Below, piece after piece: positions 9,011 through 17,905 of a stretch of 64,000 bases of DNA; positions within the stretch are counted from its first letter, which is position 1; each line of letters opens with the position of its first letter. The stretch is taken from positions 1,470 through 65,469 of the forward strand of contig CALBIL010000073.1 in NCBI GenBank assembly GCA_937892945.1, written 5' to 3'. The DNA comes from an uncultured euryarchaeote (GTDB lineage Archaea > Thermoplasmatota > Poseidoniia > Poseidoniales > Poseidoniaceae). Both the position numbers and the translations under genes were made by a program. The notes beneath the pieces are model-generated. The model saw only the letters and a list, made by a program, of their open reading frames with translations, did not search any database and was not told where the DNA came from.

Positions 9011-9862
9011 ATGCTCGGAGAAGTAGGAGACAAGTGGCTTAGCCGTTTACATCAAAATGTCGCGAAGGATTTGCGCACCAAAGGTTGGTCCCAAACTGAG
9101 ATTGCTGAGGCTTTAGGCTCGACACAGAGTACCATATCTCGCCAAATGCAAAAGCCACCAACATCGCTTGGAGCAAGTGCAGATGAAGCAACAGTCGATG
9201 GATGGGGGCATGAATTATCCCTTGCATTAAATTCAATGGGCCCAGAGTCACGAGTGGTTCGACAACGACTGGTTGTAGAATTCCAATTCACCGGTAACAA
9301 TACCATTCGCTATGACAAAACCTTGACTGGACTTGATTTGGAAGAAGGACAAGAGCAACGCGCCCTTTTGCGAAGACTTGAATGGGCGGCAGGTCGATTA
9401 GATGTTCGCCGGATCGAACATTCAATTCCTGCTGTGGGACTTAACATTGCATCATGCAGTGTAGGTGCGACTTCAAATTCTGAAGTGGCGGCATTCCCCG
9501 GCCGTATTACCCTCGTTGATGGCGCCCTGCGTCACCATGAAACGCCGAGTTTCGGTTCTTCGAACCACCTGGCATCGGTCTTACTTGCAACACATGCACA
9601 GGATGTCAGTAAAGTCTCCATTCTCAATATCCGCCCACCATTGAATACAAATGGTGTCGATATTAAACGAGTGGAACAAGCTTGTCAACATCTTGGATAT
9701 AATTTTTCACTCGCTCCGAAGGGAAGCGTTGATACTCAAGCAACTCGAATCGATATCTTACTCGACATCGGGGACTTTGGATGGGAACCGGCACTGTATG
9801 TATTGGCTCATAATCCTCTTGATCTCATCGACAGGACCCATCAAATACTTTCAGCTCTTTAG
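9011..9862 (+). CDS. HTH domain fused to a ThiN-type domain (ThiR-like thiamine regulator or ThiN thiamine-phosphate synthase)
   Basis: The N-terminus has an HTH (WSQTEIAEALGSTQSTISRQ). The C-terminal part reads IPAVGLNIASC..ATSNSEVAAFPGRITLVDG......FGSSNHLASVLLATHAQDVSKVSILNIR, which follows the ThiN pattern (ipevgtNia...dVaa.pGRi....fGaS.Hva..lL...iraalNir). Confidence 0.6.
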   Translation: MLGEVGDKWLSRLHQNVAKDLRTKGWSQTEIAEALGSTQSTISRQMQKPPTSLGASADEATVDGWGHELSLALNSMGPESRVVRQRLVVEFQFTGNNTIRYDKTLTGLDLEEGQEQRALLRRLEWAAGRLDVRRIEHSIPAVGLNIASCSVGATSNSEVAAFPGRITLVDGALRHHETPSFGSSNHLASVLLATHAQDVSKVSILNIRPPLNTNGVDIKRVEQACQHLGYNFSLAPKGSVDTQATRIDILLDIGDFGWEPALYVLAHNPLDLIDRTHQILSAL

Positions 9863-9870
9863 GTGATGAA

Positions 9871-11346
9871 ATGAATACTCTACTTGCCTACTCGTTACTG
9901 TTGTTTACGCTTGGTTTTTTTGCATTTATTGGATTCCGAAATGAAAAGCACGAGAAAAAAGGTCAAGAACACTATCTTTCTGCGCGTAATTCTAAGAATT
10001 CAGTGCAGATCGGTTTGAGCCTTTTCGCCTCGGGGATGGGTATCTGGATTCTCTTTGGACCTTCAGAGGTTGGCTATTGGGGGGGCTTTTGGGACGTTGT
10101 AGGCTATGCAGTTTCTGCTGCAACGCCGTTCCTCTTACTCGCTTATGTCGGGCCAATGATTCGTCAAAGAATGCCTACTGGGATTACACTTGCTGATTAT
10201 GTCCGAATGCGTATTGGAAGACCAATGCAAATCTACGTTGGAGTCATATCGATACTCTATATGTTCACGTTTTTGTTTGCAGAGTTTACTGCAATTGGAA
10301 GAGCGATGAACCTACTCACTGGAATGAATCCGCTGGCGCCAATGGTGGCTGTTGGAATCGTTACTGCGGCATACACATCGTATGGAGGTTTGCCAGCATC
10401 ATTACGTACAGACCGATGGCAAGCATGGGTTGTATTGTGGTTGTTTGTTGCCTTAATGCTGATTCTGTTTGCAGGAGACCTCAGTTCGCTTATTGCCGAT
10501 GCCAAGGCATACAATCCCGTGGATGAGTGGAGTATTGGTTCGATGTCCTACATGGACTCTTTTGCATCGGGTCTTGCCCTTGTGATCGCAATTACAGCAG
10601 CTGAAATGTTTACTCAAGGTAATTGGCAACGTGCCTATGCATCTGAGAATGACAAAGCCTTGCAAAGGGGCTCTCTTCTCGCTGCAGCACTCGTGTTTCC
10701 ACTTGTGCTGCTCATGGGTATTCTTGGTACTGTTGTTGCTGGACAAGGCGTGATTCCTGCTGATGCAACGCTTGCCGAGAAGTCTGGTGCCTTTTTCTAT
10801 CTCCTCGAAGACATCCATGTGTTGTTTATTTCAGCATTCATTGTACTCGGAATTGCTTTGGTTTGTTCAAGTGTGGACACACTACAAAATGCAGTTGTTG
10901 CCTCCATTTCCCAAGATCTGTCAGATGGGCGAATGAAACTACAACATGCTCGAATAGCAACGGTTGCTTTGCTACCCTTAGCCATCTTTTTGGCAACTGA
11001 ACCAAGTCTTTTCGGGTTTGAAGTCAACGCAACCAGTGTCTTTGCTATTTTTCTTCGCGCTGATTTACTTGCAACTGCTACAGTACTTCCCGTATTCCTC
11101 ACACTATGGAACCGAATCTCTTCAGAAGCAGCCTTGATTGGTGCAATCAGTGGGCTTGGGTCGGTCATCGTGTATGGGTGGATTACTACAGATTTTGCAA
11201 CAGGAATCAATTATCTCTGGCTCCCAACCAATGACTACGGTTTGGCAAACCTCAATGTATTTCTTTCCGCACTCATCGGCTCAGGAATGGTAACGATACT
11301 CATCTCGATCATACGAAAGCCAAAATTATCCACCAATGAGGAATGA
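9871..11346 (+). CDS. sodium:solute symporter (SSS) family transporter
   Basis: 491 aa with about 13 hydrophobic segments. SSS-like N-terminus (HYLSARNS..VQIGLSLFASGMG) and YGGLPASLRTDRWQ. The AGGTGA purine tract lies 4 nt before the ATG and 8 nt after the upstream stop, so the gene is probably co-transcribed with 9011..9862. Confidence 0.8.
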   Translation: MNTLLAYSLLLFTLGFFAFIGFRNEKHEKKGQEHYLSARNSKNSVQIGLSLFASGMGIWILFGPSEVGYWGGFWDVVGYAVSAATPFLLLAYVGPMIRQRMPTGITLADYVRMRIGRPMQIYVGVISILYMFTFLFAEFTAIGRAMNLLTGMNPLAPMVAVGIVTAAYTSYGGLPASLRTDRWQAWVVLWLFVALMLILFAGDLSSLIADAKAYNPVDEWSIGSMSYMDSFASGLALVIAITAAEMFTQGNWQRAYASENDKALQRGSLLAAALVFPLVLLMGILGTVVAGQGVIPADATLAEKSGAFFYLLEDIHVLFISAFIVLGIALVCSSVDTLQNAVVASISQDLSDGRMKLQHARIATVALLPLAIFLATEPSLFGFEVNATSVFAIFLRADLLATATVLPVFLTLWNRISSEAALIGAISGLGSVIVYGWITTDFATGINYLWLPTNDYGLANLNVFLSALIGSGMVTILISIIRKPKLSTNEE

Positions 11347-11376
11347 ACTTTACGATCCCTGTCATCCCGAGGATAG

Positions 11377-11385
11377 CATAATAAG
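11377..11385 (+). promoter_or_regulatory. TATA-like box (CATAATAAG) centred about 25 nt upstream of the ATG at 11406 (leaderless-type spacing)
   Basis: Read directly in the 59-nt gap after the SSS transporter stop. No SD-like tract lies between the box and the ATG. Confidence 0.35.
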
Positions 11386-11405
11386 TGGGTCCGTATTAAT
11401 TCCAA

Positions 11406-11954
11406 ATGTTCAACATGGTAGGCACCCCTCTCGATGTACTCCCGTATGTGCGGGGAATTCAAATGGTTCTCTCCGGATACGAAGGGTACACAAAAGGTAA
11501 ACGACGGGACGCAGATCTCGCCATTCGCGAGGAGATTAAGCGCTGTGGAACTCGTGCTCGAAACCACATCATGAATGTTCATGACAGTTGTTTTCGTGAA
11601 AAAAAGATTGATATTTCAAAAACAGCAAAAGCATGTTGCAATACAATTGATATTTTGATTGAAGACATTGACAAATCTCCAACTGGAATGACGCATGCCT
11701 TCTTTTCAGGGCAACGTTCTGCATCAGTATCCGTTCTTAAAAAACTCATCAAGCATGACCATGATGTCATTGAAATGATGACAAAAGCGGTGAACATTTC
11801 AAACAGTATTGAACATGCATTTGCTTCGGACAAAACAGATGATGAAGTGAAATCCTTAATCCGGAAATGTGAACAAATGATCACGAGTTCACGTGGCTAT
11901 TACAGCGCAAGGTCAACGGTCCTTGATGGACTACGACAGAAAAAGAAGGTGTGA
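11406..11954 (+). CDS. hypothetical helical protein, translationally coupled to the downstream SPFH gene
   Basis: 182 aa with no TM segment and a charged, helical-looking composition. The stop TGA (11952..11954) overlaps the GTG at 11951 and lies 3 nt before the ATG at 11957 of the next gene. I recognise no family. Confidence 0.5.
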   Translation: MFNMVGTPLDVLPYVRGIQMVLSGYEGYTKGKRRDADLAIREEIKRCGTRARNHIMNVHDSCFREKKIDISKTAKACCNTIDILIEDIDKSPTGMTHAFFSGQRSASVSVLKKLIKHDHDVIEMMTKAVNISNSIEHAFASDKTDDEVKSLIRKCEQMITSSRGYYSARSTVLDGLRQKKKV

Positions 11955-11956
11955 GA

Positions 11957-13168
11957 ATGACAACGAATTTTAAGTGGCGAAGTAACCCAAATATTGTAGC
12001 ACGACTGGTCGATGGCAACGATATCCAGACGTGGAAATCACAACAAGTTGTGTTGAAACCAAATGAGGCATGTGCCTTCATTATCGATGGTCGAATTGGA
12101 GATATCGTTTCTGAAAAGGTTGTGAGTAACATCGGAGGTGGCCTCGGCCGTCATATCGCTGAGATGATTGGGGCAACTGCAACTGACCGACGAATGCTGT
12201 TTGCAATGACAGGACCACTTGATTTATGGATTCCTTTTTCCTCGAACCTCTCCACTGGCTCAGAAGCAACTGGCCATATGAACCTTCGAATACAATTGCG
12301 CAAAGAAGACATCCCCAAGTTGCTCAATATCTTTGCGAATCACGCACCGCTTCTTGACCGAGCGGGACTGATTGGCTTCCTAGGGCATGAGGTTATTACG
12401 CGATGTATTGTACCAGCAATGGCAAAATGCTCCAGTATTGAAGAACTGCGCAGTTCAGATTTCCAAGAGCATCTTGAAATGCATGCTGAGGTTGAAATGC
12501 GTCAAACGCTCTCAACACTTGGCTTCACCTTCTTACGTGCTTTTATTTCGACCAGTAAAACAGACCAAGAGAAACTTGCTCGACTCAAAGCAGATCTTGA
12601 CACAGCAACACAAACTGAAGGAGCAAATGCAGACGCTCTAATGGAACGTATCGCAATCCGCGAAGCCGCTACATTACGAAGAATTGAATGTGAAGTGAAT
12701 GTGGAACGTGCTAAGAAACGGGGAGAAGTCACCATACAAGCAGAAAGTGAACTCCTTGAACTCCGAAAACAAGAATCTGTGTGGGAAGCAGAACTCAAAC
12801 GAGACCATGGACAATTAGACCTTCGTATCAAAGAATCTTCACACAAAACGACACAGGCAATGGAATTGTTTGAACAAGTTCAGGCTCGAAAGCGTGACCG
12901 AGTTCAACAAAGTCAAGAACATCAGGACAAGCGTATGGATAAGCAAAACGATATCCAAACAAAAATGATGGAAATGGCAGCAGAACAAGGCGTATTAACT
13001 CCTGAAGTCATGCAAGAATTTCTACGGCAACAAACTGCACAGAAAGCCATTGATGGTAACAATTCAGCTGCACCGGCAACTCCTCCAGTGGCGGCAGTAT
13101 GCCAACAATGTCAAGCAGCCATGATGCCAGATTGGAAAGCTTGCCCGCATTGCGGCTCGTCGCGGTGA
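11957..13168 (+). CDS. SPFH/band-7-like protein with coiled coil and C-terminal zinc ribbon (COG4260 / YdjI-like)
   Basis: ORF 11951..13168 starts at GTG, with an ATG at 11957. The N-terminal domain reads VVLKPNEACAFIIDGRIGDIV...LDLWIPF...HMNLRIQLRKEDIPKLL. It is followed by a long E/K/R/Q coiled coil and a terminal CQQCQAAMMPDWKACPHCG zinc ribbon. B. subtilis YdjI has the same architecture. Confidence 0.7.
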   Translation: MTTNFKWRSNPNIVARLVDGNDIQTWKSQQVVLKPNEACAFIIDGRIGDIVSEKVVSNIGGGLGRHIAEMIGATATDRRMLFAMTGPLDLWIPFSSNLSTGSEATGHMNLRIQLRKEDIPKLLNIFANHAPLLDRAGLIGFLGHEVITRCIVPAMAKCSSIEELRSSDFQEHLEMHAEVEMRQTLSTLGFTFLRAFISTSKTDQEKLARLKADLDTATQTEGANADALMERIAIREAATLRRIECEVNVERAKKRGEVTIQAESELLELRKQESVWEAELKRDHGQLDLRIKESSHKTTQAMELFEQVQARKRDRVQQSQEHQDKRMDKQNDIQTKMMEMAAEQGVLTPEVMQEFLRQQTAQKAIDGNNSAAPATPPVAAVCQQCQAAMMPDWKACPHCGSSR

Positions 13169-13241
13169 TTCTCGTACCGAACCGTAGCCGACACTCGCAC
13201 GCCGGCACAAGTATTACACCATCAACCGATTTGGATTTATC

Positions 13242-14000
13242 ATGTTCCTAAAATGGGGATCTCAGCCGTGGATGATTTGGCGTTCACATTGGCGCAACCG
13301 GGAGATGCTAGGTGGGCGGCGTGTTACCTTTGCCATATTGACTGCAATGGCCTTGTTTGCTGCAATCCCATATACCCTCATCAACCGATTTGCATCTGTT
13401 CGAGATTGGGCTGCTTTTGACCCGACTCTTCAACTCGATATCGACATTCCATTTCTCGCATGGATGATTCTCCCGTACATGACTTTGTACTTGTATTACC
13501 CTGCGGCTGCGTGGCTTGGTAGTAAAAATGAAATCATGTGGCGGCAAAATGTAGTGTTCCATCAAATGATGCTGCTGACATGCTGGGGAGTGAATGTAAT
13601 ATTCATACTCTTACCCGTCGAAATTGACTTGCGTCATTTGATTCATGGCATTGAAGGAACCATGTGGGAACCGTTCTATGCAGCCATGCATGGAATTGAT
13701 ACCCCTTGGAACTCTTGGCCATCGCTCCATATTGTTCAAAGCATGCAAGTGGTGTTGGTCCTCAGATATTGGTATCCTCCAACGACCACACGCCTCCGAA
13801 TTACACACGCCCTACTCCTCATCATGTGGATTTTACTCGTGATATCGACCATGACCATCAAACAACACTACATCTGGGACGTCGCAACAGCAATGTTGGT
13901 GGCTGGCTTAGGTTGGGTCTATTGGATGAAACCGTGCCTTGAGCGTTTGAAGACTGATGAATTCATCGACAAGTTCGATGCTCGAATGGCACTCGATTAA
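13242..14000 (+). CDS. PAP2-superfamily (PAP2_3 / phosphotransferase-like) integral membrane protein
   Basis: 252 aa with about 6 TM segments. It carries the motifs WPSLHIVQS and TIKQHYIWDV (S-x-H ... H-x-x-D of acid-phosphatase/sphingomyelin-synthase-like enzymes). An alternative start exists at Met22. Confidence 0.6.
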   Translation: MFLKWGSQPWMIWRSHWRNREMLGGRRVTFAILTAMALFAAIPYTLINRFASVRDWAAFDPTLQLDIDIPFLAWMILPYMTLYLYYPAAAWLGSKNEIMWRQNVVFHQMMLLTCWGVNVIFILLPVEIDLRHLIHGIEGTMWEPFYAAMHGIDTPWNSWPSLHIVQSMQVVLVLRYWYPPTTTRLRITHALLLIMWILLVISTMTIKQHYIWDVATAMLVAGLGWVYWMKPCLERLKTDEFIDKFDARMALD

Positions 14001-15607
14001 CCGAAAACCAAACTGACCAAATCTGGCCGAGTGAGATAAATGCTCAGGCTTATTCCTGCCATAATCATCATCCAAGAACCAATGAGCTTGATCATGCCTG
14101 TCGCACGCTTGAGGAAATTAATCATGACTTGTCGGCCTAAGCCGACCATAGTGGTGACAATGACCATGAGAATCAATAAACCGACCATCAATCCACTCAC
14201 TCCGATTCCGATTGCCATTGGACCCAGTGTACTGAGATAAATGACAAATGGAAGTACGGCAGCGGCGGTACAATCAATGGATGCAGCGGCATAACCAATT
14301 CCATAGAGATACATGTTTCGGCGTGGAGTAAACGTATCATCTTCTTCTGTCGTGCTGTATTTCCGAACAAACTTGTCCACGAATCCCATAAGATGCGAAG
14401 TGATGCCGATGAGCATCATCGAACCTAAAACAATCAACAGCAGTGCGATGAAAATCGCAATGTAATGAACGAGGCCGGATTTGGTAAACGCCTCACCCAT
14501 CAGAATTGCAATGATTCCAATGATGGCAAAGAACGTCCACATACCCACACCTGAAAGAAGTCCGATTACCAAGGAACTTGGCATTTTCTTTTTCAGTTGC
14601 CCAGATTCAATCAGTTCGTCTTCTCGGGCACCCAATGAGAGATAGTACGAAATGAAACCGGGTAGAACGGGGAAAGCACATGGTGAAAAATAGACCAAAA
14701 TAGACAAGACCATTCCGAGAAGGAAAACGGCCACATATGCCGTGCTTGGCTCTTCCCAAGCAAGTCGTGATGAAGTAAGGTCGAGAAGAACCTCTTCTGA
14801 GGTATTGACCGATAATAAATCTGCTAATTTTCCATCAAAACTTGACCATTGGTCGACAGGTGTACCTGTCGATTGCTTCTCGATGATGTAGCCTTCTTCA
14901 TCAAGAATGAGAACGACTGGGATTTGCCCTGTGCCTCCAGTGGTAAACAAGCGGACGGGGTCAGTTGTCGAACCATCTTCGAGAATAGCGGCAGAAGTAG
15001 AACCGAATCCAGTGGGATAAAGCGGCACGTGGTAGGAACCTGATGAGATATTGAGATAGGCAAGGTCTTCATTATACCAGGCACCGTATGCAAATATCTT
15101 CAATGATTTATTCGAAGCATTAGCCATGGCTTGCCAGTCATCCATGTTTTCTTCAATATGTTCTTGGACAGCATGGCAATTGCTACAATCATGTGCCATG
15201 AGATCAAGGATAATAATCGAGCCACGATGCTCTTCGAGATGAATCCAGCCCGTGTCGTTGGAAACATTTGACTCAATTCCCGTACGGTTAAGCGATTCGA
15301 ACACGATATTCGGGATTGGTGCAGGTTCAGCATCCGATGCAAAAATCTCATCCATACTGTCAAACATTGAGAGTGCGGCAAACGAAATGGTCACAAACAT
15401 CAGTGCTGCGATAGCGAAAGCCTTCCAAGTTTCAGCTTGTTTGAAGACATTAAAATCAGACTGCTCGTAAAGGCTCAATCCAACTGCCTTGACTGAACTC
15501 CCAGCCTTTCCAATGAACCCCATACCTCTACGACCAATCCCCCACATCACTTGAACATAATGGGGTGGACTGGTCAGTACATCTGTGAAAGAGTTCAATT
15601 CCTTCAC
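13997..15607 (-). CDS. thioredoxin-like domain fused to a CcdA/DsbD-type transmembrane thiol:disulfide electron transporter
   Basis: ORF 13997..15607(-). The track start is GTG and the first ATG is at 15547. After one TM helix comes a CxxC thioredoxin-like region (LDLMAHDCSNCHAVQEHI). Then comes a CcdA core (VYFSPCAFPVLPGFISYYLS ... AAASIDCTAAAVLPFV) with conserved Cys in TM helices. Confidence 0.8.
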   Translation of the reverse strand: MKELNSFTDVLTSPPHYVQVMWGIGRRGMGFIGKAGSSVKAVGLSLYEQSDFNVFKQAETWKAFAIAALMFVTISFAALSMFDSMDEIFASDAEPAPIPNIVFESLNRTGIESNVSNDTGWIHLEEHRGSIIILDLMAHDCSNCHAVQEHIEENMDDWQAMANASNKSLKIFAYGAWYNEDLAYLNISSGSYHVPLYPTGFGSTSAAILEDGSTTDPVRLFTTGGTGQIPVVLILDEEGYIIEKQSTGTPVDQWSSFDGKLADLLSVNTSEEVLLDLTSSRLAWEEPSTAYVAVFLLGMVLSILVYFSPCAFPVLPGFISYYLSLGAREDELIESGQLKKKMPSSLVIGLLSGVGMWTFFAIIGIIAILMGEAFTKSGLVHYIAIFIALLLIVLGSMMLIGITSHLMGFVDKFVRKYSTTEEDDTFTPRRNMYLYGIGYAAASIDCTAAAVLPFVIYLSTLGPMAIGIGVSGLMVGLLILMVIVTTMVGLGRQVMINFLKRATGMIKLIGSWMMIMAGISLSIYLTRPDLVSLVFG

Positions 15608-15878
15608 CTAAGCGGGAAAGAATGTAAAACCACGGAAATTTCGACAATTAAGGATTTAGAGATATGGGCGCAATGGAGCGAAACGATTGGTTTGTTCACG
15701 ATACGAGGAGCAACGATTTATTCATGATTTCAAATTCAAGAGTTGCAAAGAACACGACGAAGTGCTGCTGCCTTATCACCTGCAGAATTGTTCCAGTCTC
15801 CCGACTTTCAACTGGATTCGCCAATTGACAAGGAAACCTACAAAAATTCACGAATGAATTCAAAGCGAACAGGGAAAG

Positions 15879-15951
15879 TGGGCTCGGAGAGATTTGAACT
15901 CTCGATCTTCGCCATGTGAAGGCGACATCATAACCCCTAGACCACGAGCCC
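15879..15951 (-). tRNA. tRNA-Val (anticodon CAC)
   Basis: Folded by hand from the reverse complement GGGCTCGTGGTCTAGGGGTTATGATGTCGCCTTCACATGGCGAAGATCGAGAGTTCAAATCTCTCCGAGCCC(A). It has a 7-bp acceptor stem, a 5-bp anticodon stem with loop TTCACAT, and a 5-bp T stem with TTCAAAT. There is no intron and no encoded CCA. Confidence 0.9.
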
Positions 15952-15978
15952 TAAGGTAAACCGTCGTAAAGCCACGGC

Positions 15979-15986
15979 GATATAAG
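15979..15986 (-). promoter_or_regulatory. TATA box (CTTATATC) about 31 nt upstream of the tRNA-Val 5' end
   Basis: The minus strand reads GGCTTATATCGCC. The spacing fits an archaeal tRNA promoter with a short leader. Confidence 0.4.
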
Positions 15987-16007
15987 CCTCCCCGTCAAAG
16001 ACTTAGG

Positions 16008-17093
16008 TTAACGGTGAGCGTTGAGATGAACCATACCTACTTCAAGTCGGTCATGCGTTGGATGGACTTCGATGAGGTGGACAGGGACATTGACGACATC
16101 GGATAATTCTTCGGCAATCGAAAGGGGCAATTCAATGCGCTGATGTTCAGCATTGTATCGAATCCAGCCCTCTGCCACACCGAGTTCTTCCATCAATTCA
16201 GCGACGTCATCCGATGCATCCTCAAGTGATGTAGGTATAGAACCAAACAGAATAGTATCGTCATCACTCAATGTTTCGTAAGGACGTAAATTCGCCTGAC
16301 CCCGTCGTCGGAAACGGGCACGGAGTTGTCCTGCATCCTTGTAGTGAGAGGAACAAAACTTCAGATGGAAATTCAGGTCTTGAGCTGCATCTTTCAGTCG
16401 AAGTGCCAATTCTGCAGAACCTTCTGCTGCTGCGGTAATTCCACCGCTTAGGTTGAATCCACGAACATCCATATTTTCTTGATTCCCAACCGTAATTTCG
16501 AGTTCATTGAGATTGAGAAATTCTACGGGAGAGTCATGTAAAACATCGAGCAAGGCAAACAATTGTTCCTCTTTATCCGGTTCACAAGGCAACTCAATTC
16601 CCACATGGATACCGGCATCAGCACAGGCTTGTATCACTGGAAGATATTTGGTTAGGGTTCCATCCAAAAGGTGGAAACGGATTTCGTCTAATCCTGCGGC
16701 TCCAAAGTCTGCTGCACGGTCGACTTGGAAAGGTATTGAAGTATAGAGATGGATATGGTGCTCTTTCCCAAAAGCCGCTTTGAGTTGGTGAACGGCTTCC
16801 AATGATTTCTCCATGTCAAGCATTGGGTCTCCACCGGTAATTCCAGTGCCAGTAGCACGCATGGCATGGCCTTCTTCAATCACATCAGCCCAAGAAGAAC
16901 ATCGCCGTTCGTTGGCAAACATGTCAGGAGATTCCCGCCGATTATCAGAAAGAGGGCAATAATCACAACCCCAATGGCATTTACCAGTGACAAACAAAAC
17001 CAGTTTACTCCCACGTTGGCACTGAATACATCCTTCAGCCTCACCGTCTTCAGCGGGGAGGATTTCGGTCGCCATTGGCAAAGACACGGTCAT
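16008..17093 (-). CDS. radical SAM protein of unknown function (COG2108-like, related to PFL-activating enzymes)
   Basis: ORF 16008..17129(-). The track start is TTG and the first ATG is at 17093. It has a canonical CxxxCxxC cluster (GKCHWGCDYCP) plus a GGDP motif. Confidence 0.8.
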   Translation of the reverse strand: MTVSLPMATEILPAEDGEAEGCIQCQRGSKLVLFVTGKCHWGCDYCPLSDNRRESPDMFANERRCSSWADVIEEGHAMRATGTGITGGDPMLDMEKSLEAVHQLKAAFGKEHHIHLYTSIPFQVDRAADFGAAGLDEIRFHLLDGTLTKYLPVIQACADAGIHVGIELPCEPDKEEQLFALLDVLHDSPVEFLNLNELEITVGNQENMDVRGFNLSGGITAAAEGSAELALRLKDAAQDLNFHLKFCSSHYKDAGQLRARFRRRGQANLRPYETLSDDDTILFGSIPTSLEDASDDVAELMEELGVAEGWIRYNAEHQRIELPLSIAEELSDVVNVPVHLIEVHPTHDRLEVGMVHLNAHR

Positions 17094-17150
17094 TGAACTC
17101 AAACACTCCTGTCGCCTTTGGGGTTTCAACCTCTCGCATGGCCCAATTCC

Positions 17151-17837
17151 TTATTGAGACGCATTTGCCTGAAGAATGAGCCAGCGATGAAAACGGTAAT
17201 CGCCGGTAAGTTCTGGGTGAAAAGTCAGTGCTAATCGGGACCCGTCAAGAACACCAACAATTTCCTCACCCAACATAGCCACAGGCGTACACTCAATACT
17301 GGATTGTTCAAACCTTGGAGCTCGAATAAAGACACCGTGAAATGCAGAGTTGTTGTGTAATGGAGAGGTGTCACTGACTGGAAGGGGTTTGTGATTGAAT
17401 CGATCACGTGTGGCAACCTTTGGAGAGATTCGTCCACCCGACGGAGTATCAAGGGAAATCTCAACTTCTGCTTCAAATGAATCCCGTTGCCGACCCCAAG
17501 CATTACGTGAGATCTCAGCACGAAGAAATGGAGCTTGAGGTTCACCTGGATTGGCGAGAAGAATTGCTCCTGCACACGTTCCAAGAACGGGGCGTTGGGG
17601 GTGCTGTTCCATCCATGAATACAAAGCAGAAAGGAGCGATTCACTCTGACTGGCTTTCCGCATGGCAGTTGATTCTCCACCGGGGAGAATCAGGCAATCG
17701 AGATGTTCATCGACTTCCAACGCTCTTCGCAATTCCACAATTTCAATACCAAGATGAAGTTGAGATGATGCTGCACGAAGCGCCTCTGCATGCTCATGGC
17801 GAGCACCTTGAAGCATTGCAAGTCCGATACGCACCAT
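17151..17837 (-). CDS. pdxT: pyridoxal 5'-phosphate synthase glutaminase subunit PdxT
   Basis: ORF 17151..17855(-). The internal Met at 17837 gives MVRIGLAMLQGARHEH...LILPGGESTAMRK...LGTCAGAILLA...GRQRDSFEAE...GVFIRAP...LTFHPELT, which follows B. subtilis PdxT. There is a ~35-aa insertion before GVFIRAP. Confidence 0.88.
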   Translation of the reverse strand: MVRIGLAMLQGARHEHAEALRAASSQLHLGIEIVELRRALEVDEHLDCLILPGGESTAMRKASQSESLLSALYSWMEQHPQRPVLGTCAGAILLANPGEPQAPFLRAEISRNAWGRQRDSFEAEVEISLDTPSGGRISPKVATRDRFNHKPLPVSDTSPLHNNSAFHGVFIRAPRFEQSSIECTPVAMLGEEIVGVLDGSRLALTFHPELTGDYRFHRWLILQANASQ

Positions 17838-17905
17838 GGAGAAGGGTAGAGGCACTTCCCTAAGAGTTCAACGATGAAGTATTGAGGAAATGATATTTGG
17901 AAGAG

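Noticed and set aside
15664-15828. 54-aa ORF in the 272-nt gap next to tRNA-Val
   Set aside because: It is Cys-rich, carries no motif or ribosome-binding signal, and falls below the length at which I can support coding.
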